64,000 nt of DNA from an uncultured Solirubrobacteraceae bacterium (lineage in GTDB: Bacteria > Actinomycetota > Thermoleophilia > Solirubrobacterales > Solirubrobacteraceae), in the NCBI GenBank assembly GCA_963779065.1, contig CAVZWQ010000003.1, forward strand, positions 1,675,502 through 1,739,501, written 5' to 3'. The translations under genes and the position numbers were made by a program. Below the pieces are notes generated by a model. It was not told the DNA's origin. It searched no databases and saw nothing but the letters and a program-made list of their open reading frames with translations. The number at the start of each line of letters is the position of its first letter. Within the stretch, counting starts at the first letter, position 1. This document shows, one piece after another, positions 63,529 to 64,000 of the stretch.

Positions 63529-64000
63529 TCAGCCCTGCTCGTCGAGCCCGACGATCTCCCGGAACTCGGGCGTCGTGTTCAGGTGCGGGAACGGGGCCTC
63601 CGGCTCGGGCACTCCCAGCCCCTCGCACAGAGGCCCCCAGCCGTCGCCGGCGGTCCACTCGATCAGGCGCGCCGCGGGCACCTCGCGCCGCACGCGCTCG
63701 TTGTGGCGCTCGTATGCGGCCAGCGCGCGCCCCCGCTCCCACCAGCGCTCGTCGAAGCGCTCGGCGAGGATCGCCATCGTCATGCGCCGCTGGCGCGCGA
63801 GCTGCGGGTCGTCCTCCGGCAGCGGCTCGCGCAGCAGCGCCACGATCGTCTTCTCCATGCTCGCCCACCACTCCTCGGCCGAGGCCCGGCGGGAGAGCAG
63901 CACGGGCGCATCCGGATAGGACGCCGACAGCTCGGGCCAGAACGACGCCGCGGGCCAGTCGACCGTCGCTCGGAACTCCCCGAACACGTCCTCCCAGTCG
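63529..64000 (-). CDS. Sulfotransferase-family (P-loop) protein, 5'-partial
   Basis: ATVDWP, YPDA.V.L, W..S...TI, HN..V...VP..RL, GW.PLC..LG...P..PFP..N. Confidence 0.85.
   Translation of the reverse strand, partial: DWEDVFGEFRATVDWPAASFWPELSASYPDAPVLLSRRASAEEWWASMEKTIVALLREPLPEDDPQLARQRRMTMAILAERFDERWWERGRALAAYERHNERVRREVPAARLIEWTAGDGWGPLCEGLGVPEPEAPFPHLNTTPEFREIVGLDEQG

Noticed and set aside
1-64000. Dozens of frameshifts suggesting mass pseudogenisation or programmed frameshifting
   Set aside because: They hit all gene classes, motifs remain intact on both sides and I saw no accumulation of in-frame stops. Long-read indel error is the simplest explanation; read data would settle it.

Overview
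A very GC-rich actinobacterial chromosome segment. Gene content and the style of its secreted proteins suggest Thermoleophilia/Solirubrobacterales (inference). Many genes are broken by single-base indels, most simply explained as long-read consensus errors, so such genes are reported as one span. I can support about 55 CDS and three tRNAs (Val-CAC, Ser-GCT, Ser-TGA). Housekeeping and catabolic genes include two P450 paralogs, xth, trpB2, ku-ligD, crotonases, mdlC and mgrA, alongside many large secreted proteins. I see no integrase, transposase, rRNA or CRISPR. The best candidate for an undescribed system is a translationally coupled three-gene operon at 2543-5267. It encodes a MauE/DoxX membrane protein fused to two CxxC redoxin domains, a small helical Cys-free protein, and a Tat-exported 22-Cys protein resembling eukaryotic group XII phospholipase A2, i.e. 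a possible dedicated disulfide-maturation/export module for a phospholipase effector. Other leads are: a REP-like palindromic repeat family (8 copies, two of them in frame inside ligD); a secreted protein ending in '-DRPG-stop' followed by a structure that could sequester the next gene's Shine-Dalgarno; a ~1,460-aa six-module secreted protein; a mdlC + FAD/Fe-S dehydrogenase pair; a small-protein islet next to tRNA-Ser; and a secreted animal-type heme peroxidase. All family calls come from motif recognition by eye, with no database search.
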